Assembly (NCBI GenBank): GCA_016207405.1
Contig: JACQPQ010000021.1
Location: 4,936-68,935, forward strand
Reading direction: 5' to 3'
Length of the DNA stretch: 64,000 nt
Source: Gammaproteobacteria bacterium
GTDB lineage: Bacteria > Pseudomonadota > Gammaproteobacteria > JACQPQ01
The position numbers and the translations under genes were made by a program. How positions within the stretch are numbered: the stretch's first letter is position 1; each line of letters opens with the position of its first letter. The notes under the pieces are model-generated. The model saw only the letters and a list, made by a program, of their open reading frames with translations, did no database searches and was not told the DNA's origin. Below are positions 10,091 through 19,002 of this stretch, in pieces.

Positions 10091-11764
10091 TTAGACAAGC
10101 GTCAGCATCTTTCGTGCATGCTGGAGCGTTTCGGGCGTTTGGCTTTTGCCTCCCACCATACGGGCAATTTCTAAAACTCTTTCTTCTTCATTAAGAGGAT
10201 GAACCGTCGAATAAGTCACTTGACACTGTACGGTTTTTTCAACGCGAATATGGGAACTTCCCCAAACGGCGACTTGTGCAAGATGAGTGACACAAATCAC
10301 CTGTTTGCGCTCCCCAAGTTTTTTTAACAGCCGGCCTACGGTATCTGCCGTTTTTCCACCCACGCCCACATCCACTTCATCGAATAGAAAAGTAGGAGTG
10401 GGCAATAAGGTTGTCGTTAAAGCCTCTATGGCAAGACTAATTCTCGAAAGCTCTCCCCCAGAGACTACTTGTTTTAAAGGTTTTAAAGGATGGTCTGGGT
10501 TTGTAGTGATAAGCCATTCGACTTTTTCGAGTCCCTCGGCAGTTTCTTCACCTGAAGCACAAGGAGAAAAATGAACTTTAAACTTTCCATAGGGCATTCC
10601 CAGTTGTTTTAAATAAGGGAGGAGCGCTTTTTCAAAACAAAGCGAAGTGGCTTGGCGCAGACAAGTGAGTTGGTTTGCCTTCTCACAATATGTCTGTTTT
10701 GCACAGAGAGCCGCTTCTCCAAGCTCAGCTATTTTGGGCTCTAGTGCTTCGAGTTCCGCCAACTCACATTTGAGTTTTTTGTGGAAAGAAGGTAAATCGG
10801 GAGCTTTGATGTTATGTTTGCGTACAAGTTGATGAATGCACTCAAGCCGAGTAGATACGTTCAAGAGTTCTTCGGGTTCTATGTCAAGCTTGTTTAAACA
10901 TGACTTTAGGTGAGTTACGGTTTCTTGAACGTAGATATGGGCTTGTTTAAGCAATTCAATTGGCGTTTGCAAACTGCCCTCGTATTCGGAGATTTCTTGC
11001 AGCAAACGGATGGTTTGAAGAAGCGTCTCTTGTGCTGAGCCCTCATCTTTTTCTTCAAGGAGGTTAAGCGATCCGCGAATGTGAGAAAACAGTTTTTCGA
11101 GATGGATCAGGCGGTGGTACTTTTGTTCGAGAGAAGAGAGTTCATTTTCTTGAAGAGCAAGGGCATCGAGTTCTTTAACCTGGTAACTTAAGAGTTCCCG
11201 TGCTGTGAGTTGTTGGCTTGCAAGGGTTTGCGCGATTTTAAAATCCTCTTCTGCCTTCTGCCAAACCGCATAGCTTTTTCTGACCCCATCAAGAAGGGGG
11301 ATATGCTGCCCAAAACTATCCAGAAGTTCCCTTTGAGTCGCTGTCGAAAGAAGCGTTTGATGTTGCTGTTGGGTATGCGTATGAATGAGAAAATTGCCTA
11401 ACTGCTGAAGGAGAGCAACCGTTGTAAGGCTATGATTGATGTAAATTTTAGAGTGCCCTTCTTGAGTGAGAATTCTGCGGATAAGAAGGGTGGTTTCGGG
11501 GGGCGCCAGAAGTTCATGCGCTTTCAACCACTCCATAGCGTGTGGCGCGAAATGTAAGTCGAAGAAAGCGGTAATCTCGCATTTTTCCGCGCCCTGTCGA
11601 ATCAGTGCCGGTTGTGCCCGCTGCCCTAAAATAAGGGCCATCGCTTCGACAAGAATGGATTTTCCTGCGCCTGTTTCTCCCGTGATGACCGTTAGCCCCG
11701 CGTAAAAATCCAGTTCAAGATTTTCAATCGTTAAAAGGTTTTTAACCTGAAGAGATGTCAGCAT
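10091..11764 (-). CDS. recN: DNA repair protein RecN
   Basis: Motifs ITGETGAGKS, SGGELSRI.LA, FDEVDVGVGG, QVICVTHL.QVA; follows nadK. Confidence 0.97.
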   Translation of the reverse strand: MLTSLQVKNLLTIENLELDFYAGLTVITGETGAGKSILVEAMALILGQRAQPALIRQGAEKCEITAFFDLHFAPHAMEWLKAHELLAPPETTLLIRRILTQEGHSKIYINHSLTTVALLQQLGNFLIHTHTQQQHQTLLSTATQRELLDSFGQHIPLLDGVRKSYAVWQKAEEDFKIAQTLASQQLTARELLSYQVKELDALALQENELSSLEQKYHRLIHLEKLFSHIRGSLNLLEEKDEGSAQETLLQTIRLLQEISEYEGSLQTPIELLKQAHIYVQETVTHLKSCLNKLDIEPEELLNVSTRLECIHQLVRKHNIKAPDLPSFHKKLKCELAELEALEPKIAELGEAALCAKQTYCEKANQLTCLRQATSLCFEKALLPYLKQLGMPYGKFKVHFSPCASGEETAEGLEKVEWLITTNPDHPLKPLKQVVSGGELSRISLAIEALTTTLLPTPTFLFDEVDVGVGGKTADTVGRLLKKLGERKQVICVTHLAQVAVWGSSHIRVEKTVQCQVTYSTVHPLNEEERVLEIARMVGGKSQTPETLQHARKMLTLV

Positions 11765-12648
11765 TAGAGCTTTCGTCCCCAGTGTAATTTATTTCGGAGG
11801 GTTTTAAAGTAGCAATATCGTTTGGGGTGAATAAGATTCAGGTGTCCTTTTTGTTTTTCGATGTGGATTTCATCCCCAGGCACCGTCGGGAAGACTATTT
11901 GGCTATCACAGCTCACTTTGGGATAAACCTTATTATGGGCAGAAGGGACTAGTTTTATGCGGCGGTTTCCTTCTACGACGATGGGGCGGCTACTTAAGGT
12001 ATGGGGGCATAGGGGAACTAAAACGATAGCATCCAGAGAAGGATGCAAAATAGGCCCGTCGGCGGATAAAGCATAGGCCGTAGAACCCGTTGGGGTCGCC
12101 GTGATGAGGCCATCGGAGCGTTCGCTATAGACAAATTGCTCGTCAATATAGACTTCAAACTCGATCATTTTACTCACGCTCCCATGGGAAAGAAGCACTT
12201 CGTTCAGTGCATTGCCAGTTGCGGTGACTTTGCCTTGGTGTTCTATTCGAAGGGACAACAGGAATCTTTTTTCTTGGTAATATTGCCCACTTAAAACTTC
12301 GAGTAATTCCTCTTCAAGCGCTGTCGGATGAATGTCCGTCAAAAAGCCTAAATGTCCCCGATGAATACCCAGGACCGGCGTTTTCGAAAGCGACAGTGCA
12401 CGAGCTGCATTGAGCAAGTTTCCATCCCCCCCAATGACGATAATCAGTTCTGAACAAGCCGCGAGTTCTGGCATGGGTTTTACGGAAAAAGAGTGCCCTG
12501 GTAAAAGGCTTGCCGTTTGTTCTTCTAATAGGAGGGTACGGTTCTGTTGGAGAAGCGCATCCCGTAAAATTTTAAGTGTTTCGAGGGCTTCCGTGTCTTG
12601 CTGCTTACCAATGACGCCAATGGTTTGGAACAGAGGTTTTTTTGTCAT
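11764..12648 (-). CDS. nadK: NAD(+) kinase
   Basis: Motifs GGDG, GHLGFLT, ALNE, DGLI.ATPTGSTAYALSA, CPHTLSSRP. Confidence 0.98.
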   Translation of the reverse strand: MTKKPLFQTIGVIGKQQDTEALETLKILRDALLQQNRTLLLEEQTASLLPGHSFSVKPMPELAACSELIIVIGGDGNLLNAARALSLSKTPVLGIHRGHLGFLTDIHPTALEEELLEVLSGQYYQEKRFLLSLRIEHQGKVTATGNALNEVLLSHGSVSKMIEFEVYIDEQFVYSERSDGLITATPTGSTAYALSADGPILHPSLDAIVLVPLCPHTLSSRPIVVEGNRRIKLVPSAHNKVYPKVSCDSQIVFPTVPGDEIHIEKQKGHLNLIHPKRYCYFKTLRNKLHWGRKL

Positions 12649-12656
12649 ATGCCGTT

Positions 12657-13385
12657 TTATAGGGCCTCTCGGAGATAAACAGGCAGTGCATGTTCTGGCT
12701 GAAGCGTTTCACCTTTTTCGAACTTCTGGATCGCCAAAGGTATTAAAGCTCTGGCCATAGGATAACAGTTGGGAAACGAGTGGTGCAAATAGGGGGCAAA
12801 TCGTGTTTCTAAAACACTTGAATAAGCTTTCCAACCACTTCCTACCCCAACCCATTCCGTTGCTTTAGATAAGAGATTTTCTGGGATAGAAATTTCAGAA
12901 GGTTTCTGTAGGGTATCCGGGATAATAGTTTTTAAAAGGGTAAGGGATAAGGGGTAAGGGGTAAGGGATAAGGGGTAATGATTGTTTTCTTCAATTTGGT
13001 AAGCGCCCCAATAAACAGCTCCCATGCGGGCATCTTGTACTCCTAGTACCGCTCCCTTCGAAAAAGTAAGATGCGCTTCTTCGGCAAGACAAGCCAAGCT
13101 TGAGACAGCCACAATAGGTAAGTCATGGGCAAAGGCAAGGCTTTGCGCGATGGAGGCCCCCAGGCGAACCCCTGTAAAAGTACCTGGCCCCTGACCAAAA
13201 ACAATCAGATCTAAATTTGAAAAAAAAATGTTGCTTTTGGAAAGCAAATTGTGGATCATACCGAGCACGTGAAGACTTGCTTTTTGAGTGCCCTCTTCTT
13301 GTTGCTCGAGTAAATGATTGTGTACAAGAAGCGCAACGGAGCAACGTTCTGTTGAGGTTTCTAGGGCGAGTATGGTGTAAGACAT
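12657..13385 (-). CDS. tsaB: tRNA threonylcarbamoyladenosine biosynthesis protein TsaB, with an in-frame repeat insertion
   Basis: Motifs ILALETST..CSVAL, GPGTFTGVR.G, DARM, P.YLR. Confidence 0.96.
   Translation of the reverse strand: MSYTILALETSTERCSVALLVHNHLLEQQEEGTQKASLHVLGMIHNLLSKSNIFFSNLDLIVFGQGPGTFTGVRLGASIAQSLAFAHDLPIVAVSSLACLAEEAHLTFSKGAVLGVQDARMGAVYWGAYQIEENNHYPLSLTPYPLSLTLLKTIIPDTLQKPSEISIPENLLSKATEWVGVGSGWKAYSSVLETRFAPYLHHSFPNCYPMARALIPLAIQKFEKGETLQPEHALPVYLREAL
12937..12978. repeat. Six tandem heptamers (GGG[G/A]TAA) inside tsaB
   Basis: agggtaa gggataa ggggtaa ggggtaa gggataa ggggtaa = 42 nt, encoding YPLSLTPYPLSLT. Confidence 0.9.
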
Positions 13386-13450
13386 GTTTAGTCTGTAAAG
13401 CCAACATCATAGCACGCTCATGAAAGCATGCGTATTTTGCATAAGCGGTA

Positions 13451-14434
13451 ATGTCTCACCAAATGGTTGTAAGCGCATTGAACCAGGGAGAGTTTTTCAT
13501 TTATTCGCATCTACAACAATCGCTTGTAATCCCCATTATTTGGGGCGGGTTGTTGTGTGCCGTAAATATTCCTGCGCTCGCTTCAGACAACAGTCTTCTT
13601 CCCATGACAAACATGGCACGATGTACAAAGTGTCATGATGAAAACACCTCCCCCGTTTTACCTTTATTAAAATCTAAACATGCCGTAGTAGCGGACAAAA
13701 GAACTCCATTTGCAGGGGAAGCATGCCAGACCTGTCACGGGTTAAGTGAAGAACACATGAAAGGTTCTGAAGATGGAGGGCCGCGCCCTTCTCCCAGCGT
13801 TCGATTTGGTTCCAAGTCCAACACCCCTCTTTCAACTCAAAATGAATCCTGTTTAGCCTGCCACCGTTCTGGTTTGCGGATGGAATGGAAAGGCAGTCCA
13901 CATGAAATGAAAGGGGTGGGGTGCATTAGCTGTCATACCCTACACACCGGTTCGGATAAAGTTTTAGATAAAAAAAACCAAGCGGAAGTTTGTTTTACCT
14001 GTCACAAAACACAGAGGGCGGAGAGTCATAAGCTTTCGTCTCATCCCATTCAAGAAGGGAAAGTCGTCTGTTCCTCTTGCCATAATCCCCATGGTGCAGT
14101 AGGGCCAAAACTTTTGAGTACCAATACGGTTAATGAAACTTGTTATACCTGTCACGCGGAAAAACGAGGGCCGTTTTTGTGGGAACATGCTCCTGTGAGC
14201 GAAAACTGCATAACCTGTCATACACCTCATGGCTCTATTCATAAGCCGCTTTTGAAATCCAGGGGGCCGTGGTTGTGCCAGCAATGCCATTTGACATCTA
14301 ATCATCATACGAGTGGTGCCTATAACTGTTCTAGTTGTCACTCAACCCGGCGGCTATCGGGCAAAGATTGTTTAAATTGTCATTCAGAGGTGCATGGATC
14401 GAATCATCCTTCTGGTGCAAGGTTAATGAGGTGA
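13451..14434 (+). CDS. mtrA: MtrA/MtoA/PioA/DmsE-family multiheme cytochrome c with 11 CxxCH motifs
   Basis: Family signatures CH.EKRGPFLWEH.PV.ENC..CH.PHGS, LCQQCH, CLNCH..VHGSNHPSG. Heme motifs: CTKCH, CQTCH, CLACH, CISCH, CFTCH, CSSCH, CYTCH, CITCH, CQQCH, CSSCH, CLNCH. Confidence 0.95.
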   Translation: MSHQMVVSALNQGEFFIYSHLQQSLVIPIIWGGLLCAVNIPALASDNSLLPMTNMARCTKCHDENTSPVLPLLKSKHAVVADKRTPFAGEACQTCHGLSEEHMKGSEDGGPRPSPSVRFGSKSNTPLSTQNESCLACHRSGLRMEWKGSPHEMKGVGCISCHTLHTGSDKVLDKKNQAEVCFTCHKTQRAESHKLSSHPIQEGKVVCSSCHNPHGAVGPKLLSTNTVNETCYTCHAEKRGPFLWEHAPVSENCITCHTPHGSIHKPLLKSRGPWLCQQCHLTSNHHTSGAYNCSSCHSTRRLSGKDCLNCHSEVHGSNHPSGARLMR

Positions 14435-14563
14435 AAGGGATAAGGTGAAAGGGATAAGGGGGAAGGGATAAGGGGTAAGTTTTTGTAGGGTGGACAAAGT
14501 GAGCGCAGCGAACGGTCCACCTAAGCTTGCAGGTCGAATTCAAGCGAAGCGTAGAATCCGACA
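14431..14563 (+). repeat. Composite intergenic repeat: heptamer array (14431-14478), REP A (14485-14521) and REP C (14529-14563)
   Basis: gtgaaagggataaggtgaaagggataagggggaagggataaggggtaa followed by two REP hairpins. Confidence 0.8.
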
Positions 14564-14581
14564 ATTAAAACTCAAAAAGCA

Positions 14582-16801
14582 ATGAGAATGCATAAAAAGA
14601 TATTGATAGCCATTTTATATTTGGCCGCATCCCCTCTTTGGGCAGAAGATGATCCTTTTTCTTTTGGCCCGAGTGATGGAGGCCTTTCTCTAGAAGCCCC
14701 CGCTCCACCACCACCCAACCGTCCTAAAAGCGAACTTGAAATAGGCCTCGCATATATCAACCGAGATTCCTTTAAATTTGGAGAGTACACGGGACAAGAA
14801 GAAAAAGGCCCTTATGTTATTGGGAATGTAGACATTCATCGCCGAGGTGCTTTTGATAGCAGAACTTTTGACAGTGATGGTGCACTGTATTGGATTTTGA
14901 GAGGTAGAAACTTGGGTCTTACGTCGCGAGAAATGGAGGTGGAGACTGGGGTACAGGGCGATTATAAGGTAGGGATGAGCTATGACCAATTGCCTAAATT
15001 TCAAACGGATACGGCTAAGACGATATTTCGAGGCGTGGGGGGAGATACACTTACATTACCTCCTGGGTGGGTAAGAGCTGACGAAACATCTGATATGACA
15101 GAGCTTAATAATAGTCTTCACGAACTCAAGGTAAGCCATGAACGTAAGAAGTATGGTATGGAGTTTTCCAAATTCTTTTCCCGTGGTTGGGAGTTTAGTG
15201 CGAAGTATCATCGTGAAACGAAAGAGGGGAAAAAGCTTGTAGGGGCCATTATAGAGAGTTGGGACTTTGATGATAGTTTTCATGAACCCACCGTTATTAT
15301 CCCTGAGCCTATCGATTACGTCACTCAACAAGTGGATGTGAAATTGAGCTTTACAGGGAAAAAGAGCCAATTTGAGGGGGGGTATTCCGTATCCTTGTTT
15401 GATAACCACAAAGATTCTCTTATTTGGGAAAATCCATTTTCTGCAATTGGAGGGACGCCTGAAACAAGAGGCAGAATAGGGCTGCCTCCTGATAATCAGT
15501 TTCATCAATTAAAAGCGATCTGGGGATATAACTTCGCCCCAAACACTCGTTTAACAGCCCATGGAACGTTCGGAAGAATGACTCAGGATGAGCGGTTCCT
15601 TCCCTATACCATCAACCCAGATTTGGCCGGTTCAGGCCTTCCTCGTTCTTCTTTAAATGGTAGGGTGGATACCTTAAGTTTTTATACTAAATTATTTTCA
15701 CGGTATGGAAATGCTCTGAATTGGGTGGCCAGTTATCGCTATGAAGACCGGGACAATCGCACGTCAAGGGCTTCCTATATTGGTTATGGTGATGCAGCCG
15801 ATCAAGGGGGGGTAGCAAACGCTAGAACTAATCTTCCTTTTAGTTTCAAGCAGAATCAATTCAAGCTTGATGCAACCTATGAATGGTTTTACCGGACGTA
15901 CTTACAGGGCGGCTATGAATACACTCAAATGGAACGCACGCTTTCAGAAGTGAAGAAAAACCAAGAACATTTATATCGGTTAGAGATCAGACGTAATGCG
16001 TTTGACTCATTAACAGGAGGCATTCGTTTTCTTCAGGCTTATCGGCGGGGATCTTCTTATCGAACCACTGCTCTTCAAACGGCTACGGGAGGGGAACATT
16101 CAATGATTCATCCTCTTCAAAGAAAGTTTTATTTAGCCAGCAAAAATAGAACCCAAGGCGGGGGTTTTATGGAGCTTGATCCAATCGAAGCGGTGACGCT
16201 TCAGTTATCTATTGACTTGTATGAAGATGACTATTTAAAGTCAAAAATGGGATTGCGGAAAAGTATGGGACAAGTTTACGCAATAGATGCGACGATGGTT
16301 CCTAAAAAAGATATTACCACGTATGCTTTTTACACCTATGAACATTCGTATTCCGATCAGAAAGAGCGAGCCTTTGAGACTGTTGCTGAGAGCAATGATC
16401 CACGAAGAGACTGGAATAAAAAAACACGAGAAGGGATAGATACGCTGGGGGCTGGTTTTAAATGGGGTCCTTTTTTGGATCGGTGGGATACGGGGGCGGA
16501 TTATACTTACGCACGCTCGCGTGGAAAGGGCCCTGTGAAAACAGGCTCTGCTTTGGATGCTCCCGATCCACCCATTCGTATGTTAACCACGGAGCTTCAC
16601 CGGTTAGATGTCTTTTTAAAATATAAAATCAAAGAGTCGCTTTCGGCTAAGATGAATGTTCTTTATGAGAAATTCAGTTCGCGGGATTATGCCGTCGATA
16701 AAATACAATTAAACGAAATAGATACGATTTTGATAACGGGTGAAAAGAGCCCAGATTACTCAGTTTCTGTAATTGGACTGTCGTTGTTATATGATTTTTA
16801 G
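14582..16801 (+). CDS. mtrB: MtrB/PioB-family cytochrome-associated outer membrane beta-barrel
   Basis: Signal peptide, SFKFGEYTG, NLGL.SR, PEPIDY.T, L.W.NPF, LPPDNQFHQ, GRMTQD..FLPYT.N, LPR.SL.G.VDT, DRDNRT, C-terminal Phe; directly after the MtrA homologue. Confidence 0.96.
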   Translation: MRMHKKILIAILYLAASPLWAEDDPFSFGPSDGGLSLEAPAPPPPNRPKSELEIGLAYINRDSFKFGEYTGQEEKGPYVIGNVDIHRRGAFDSRTFDSDGALYWILRGRNLGLTSREMEVETGVQGDYKVGMSYDQLPKFQTDTAKTIFRGVGGDTLTLPPGWVRADETSDMTELNNSLHELKVSHERKKYGMEFSKFFSRGWEFSAKYHRETKEGKKLVGAIIESWDFDDSFHEPTVIIPEPIDYVTQQVDVKLSFTGKKSQFEGGYSVSLFDNHKDSLIWENPFSAIGGTPETRGRIGLPPDNQFHQLKAIWGYNFAPNTRLTAHGTFGRMTQDERFLPYTINPDLAGSGLPRSSLNGRVDTLSFYTKLFSRYGNALNWVASYRYEDRDNRTSRASYIGYGDAADQGGVANARTNLPFSFKQNQFKLDATYEWFYRTYLQGGYEYTQMERTLSEVKKNQEHLYRLEIRRNAFDSLTGGIRFLQAYRRGSSYRTTALQTATGGEHSMIHPLQRKFYLASKNRTQGGGFMELDPIEAVTLQLSIDLYEDDYLKSKMGLRKSMGQVYAIDATMVPKKDITTYAFYTYEHSYSDQKERAFETVAESNDPRRDWNKKTREGIDTLGAGFKWGPFLDRWDTGADYTYARSRGKGPVKTGSALDAPDPPIRMLTTELHRLDVFLKYKIKESLSAKMNVLYEKFSSRDYAVDKIQLNEIDTILITGEKSPDYSVSVIGLSLLYDF

Positions 16802-16816
16802 ATGAGGGGAACAATC

Positions 16817-17401
16817 ATGATTAAACGTCTATGGCAAATTCTATGGGCTCCCAGTAGCCGCTATTCGATAGCTGCCTTACTCATAGTGGGTGCTATCGGG
16901 GGGGTGGTATTCTGGGGTGGGTTTAACACGTTTATGGAATACACGAACAGTTTAAGTTTTTGTACGGGCTGTCATGAAATGAGTAGTACTGTATATCCAG
17001 AGTACCAAAAAACTATTCATTACCAGAACAGAACAGGCGTTCGGGCCGTGTGTGCCGACTGCCACGTTCCACATGAGTGGGGACCCAAATTGCTCCGTAA
17101 AATTCAGGCATCCAATGAGCTTTATCATAAAATCGTGGGAACGATAAACACTCCTGAAAAGTTTGAGGCTAGACGTCTTGAGATGGCAGAGCGGGTGTGG
17201 ACCAGCATGAAGGCGACCGATTCCAGGGAGTGTCGAAACTGCCATGACTTTACGGCGATGGAATTAGAAAGGCAAAAGCCGCTTGCACGTACGCAGCATG
17301 AAAATGCAATGCGAGAAAAACAAACGTGTATTGACTGCCATAAGGGTATTGCGCATAAACTGGTTCAGCCTGAATTAAAATCAGAAGATTTTATGATGTA
17401 G
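16817..17401 (+). CDS. NapC/NirT/CymA-family membrane-anchored tetraheme cytochrome c
   Basis: N-terminal TM helix ending FWGGFNT, FC..CHEM, GVRA.C.DCHVP, DS.ECRNCH, TCIDCHKGIAH; four CxxCH. Start is either ATG 16817 (GAGGGG RBS) or 16802. Confidence 0.96.
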   Translation: MIKRLWQILWAPSSRYSIAALLIVGAIGGVVFWGGFNTFMEYTNSLSFCTGCHEMSSTVYPEYQKTIHYQNRTGVRAVCADCHVPHEWGPKLLRKIQASNELYHKIVGTINTPEKFEARRLEMAERVWTSMKATDSRECRNCHDFTAMELERQKPLARTQHENAMREKQTCIDCHKGIAHKLVQPELKSEDFMM

Positions 17402-17436
17402 GGTGGACTTGCGCTCGCGTAAGCGAGCAGTCCACC
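17398..17436 (+). repeat. GTAG-REP family A variant; its TAG is the stop codon of the NirT-like gene
   Basis: gtagggtggacttgcgctcgcgtaagcgagcagtccacc. Confidence 0.75.
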
Positions 17437-17466
17437 AATTCTAACTATTAATAGAGGAGAAATTTT

Positions 17467-18438
17467 ATGCAAAAGTCATTTAATAAACAAACTTTCATTT
17501 TAAGTGGGCTTTTGTTTTTATTACAAATTTTTATTTCTGCGGGTGCACATGCCGTCAACTGGGATACGATAAAAGGAAAGGACATTGCTTTGCTTTATCC
17601 AGGGCAGGCTTCGTGGGAGGCGGTGCTATCGACCCCCTCAATGGGCGCAGCACTGAAAGCAGGTAAAACCTGCCGAACGTGCCATGAAGGGGACCAAAAA
17701 AATATGGGAGATAAGGGCGTATCTGGAAAAGGGCAGCTCGGAGGGAAATCATTGGAGCCTACTCCTGTGGCAGGAAAACCAGGAAGCTTGCCGCTTTTAG
17801 TAAAGGCTGCTTACGATGCAGAAAAACTTTATATCAAATTTGAGTGGACAGAGCCTGCCGGAGAGCCTGCCAGCAAGATGGATCCTGATTTTGTCAGCAA
17901 AGTTGCTTTAATGTTGGATGATGGTCATGTGGTAGAAGCTGCTCGAAGTGGCTGTTGGGGCACTTGTCATGATGATGTGAAAACAATGCCGAGTGGTACA
18001 GGTAAAGAAATCACAAAATATTTAGCAGCTTCTCGCACCAAATTGGATAGAACAGGAGGCGGAGCAAACTATAAATCTCAAGCAGATCTAGACAAACTTT
18101 TAAAGGATGGAGTTTTCATGGAATTTTGGCAGGCCAAACTCAAAAAAGACAAGCCAGCTGTTCCAGTATCCGGATATATTTTGGATAAACGTCATGAACA
18201 CACTTCTTCTCCTGTGCAAGCCGAGTCTGTTTTTAAAGACGGCAAATGGAGTGTTGTATTGTCTCGCAAGTTAAAGTTAGGAACTGCAGGCATGAAGGAT
18301 GTTGAGGAGAAAAAGACCTATGCTATTGGATTTGCAGTTCATAGCCAATATGCAAAGGAACGTTTCCACCATGTTTCTTTTGGGTACACCCTAACACTAG
18401 GAACAGGCACGGCAGATATTGTTGCTATTAAGAGCTAA
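17467..18438 (+). CDS. Periplasmic dihaem cytochrome c552 (NirB-like; ethylbenzene dehydrogenase gamma/DOMON-like domain)
   Basis: Signal peptide (AHA/V), LLYPGQASWE, CRTCH, LEP.P..GKPG, GCWGTCHDD (CxxxCH), TKYL..SR, GFAVH......RFHHVS. Confidence 0.85.
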   Translation: MQKSFNKQTFILSGLLFLLQIFISAGAHAVNWDTIKGKDIALLYPGQASWEAVLSTPSMGAALKAGKTCRTCHEGDQKNMGDKGVSGKGQLGGKSLEPTPVAGKPGSLPLLVKAAYDAEKLYIKFEWTEPAGEPASKMDPDFVSKVALMLDDGHVVEAARSGCWGTCHDDVKTMPSGTGKEITKYLAASRTKLDRTGGGANYKSQADLDKLLKDGVFMEFWQAKLKKDKPAVPVSGYILDKRHEHTSSPVQAESVFKDGKWSVVLSRKLKLGTAGMKDVEEKKTYAIGFAVHSQYAKERFHHVSFGYTLTLGTGTADIVAIKS

Positions 18439-18450
18439 GTTTTAATTTTG

Positions 18451-18483
18451 GCCCTCTCTCCCGAAAAGCGGGAGAGAGGGTTT
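18451..18483. terminator. GC-rich hairpin between convergent genes (CCCTCTCTCCC/GGGAGAGAGGG)
   Basis: ccctctctcccg-aaaag-cgggagagagggttt. A similar hairpin lies at about 47597-47627. Confidence 0.6.
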
Positions 18484-18498
18484 GGGTGAGTAATTATT

Positions 18499-19002
18499 TC
18501 AGCCAGGACTATTTACCACGTGGTCGATGACAAGTTGAAGATCTCGACTCCCCACCTTAGCCGTTACAGGCTGACTTTCCAAGTCCCCCTTCTGAAGATG
18601 CGCATCTCCAGATTTTGAAATACGCGCAATAATAGTGGCTTTCGGAAACTGAGAAAGGGTTAGATCAGGCGTCATAGCCATGCTGTCATTTAAAACAAAT
18701 GACTTGGGTAAGTCTCGAACTTCCGCGCGAATAACCGCCAAAGGCAATTGTGGCCCGTCCACGGCTTTTGCAAAAATAAATACGAGATCGGTAGGGGAAG
18801 TTTGATTGGCTAAATCAGGGGTAAGCGAAACGGTTCCAGAAACGCTGGTCACGTCTCCCCCTGCTTCACCGCCCATAACGACTTCTGGTGAGATTTTTGT
18901 TTTTGCAAAATAAGAAAAATAAACAACACCGATGGCTATGAGAGCCACGCTCATTAAGAGGATGAGCTTTATGTTTGAGATCCCATAATAGGTTTGTCGC
19001 AT
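18499..19002 (-). CDS. Membrane-anchored protein with a CcmI/CycH C-terminal domain (cytochrome c biogenesis)
   Basis: TM helix, then VSG.VSL...L......VFIFAKA..GP..PLAV.R....DLP..F.L.DSMAM.P...LS....ARISKSG.A....GDL. No TPR region. Confidence 0.82.
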   Translation of the reverse strand: MRQTYYGISNIKLILLMSVALIAIGVVYFSYFAKTKISPEVVMGGEAGGDVTSVSGTVSLTPDLANQTSPTDLVFIFAKAVDGPQLPLAVIRAEVRDLPKSFVLNDSMAMTPDLTLSQFPKATIIARISKSGDAHLQKGDLESQPVTAKVGSRDLQLVIDHVVNSPG

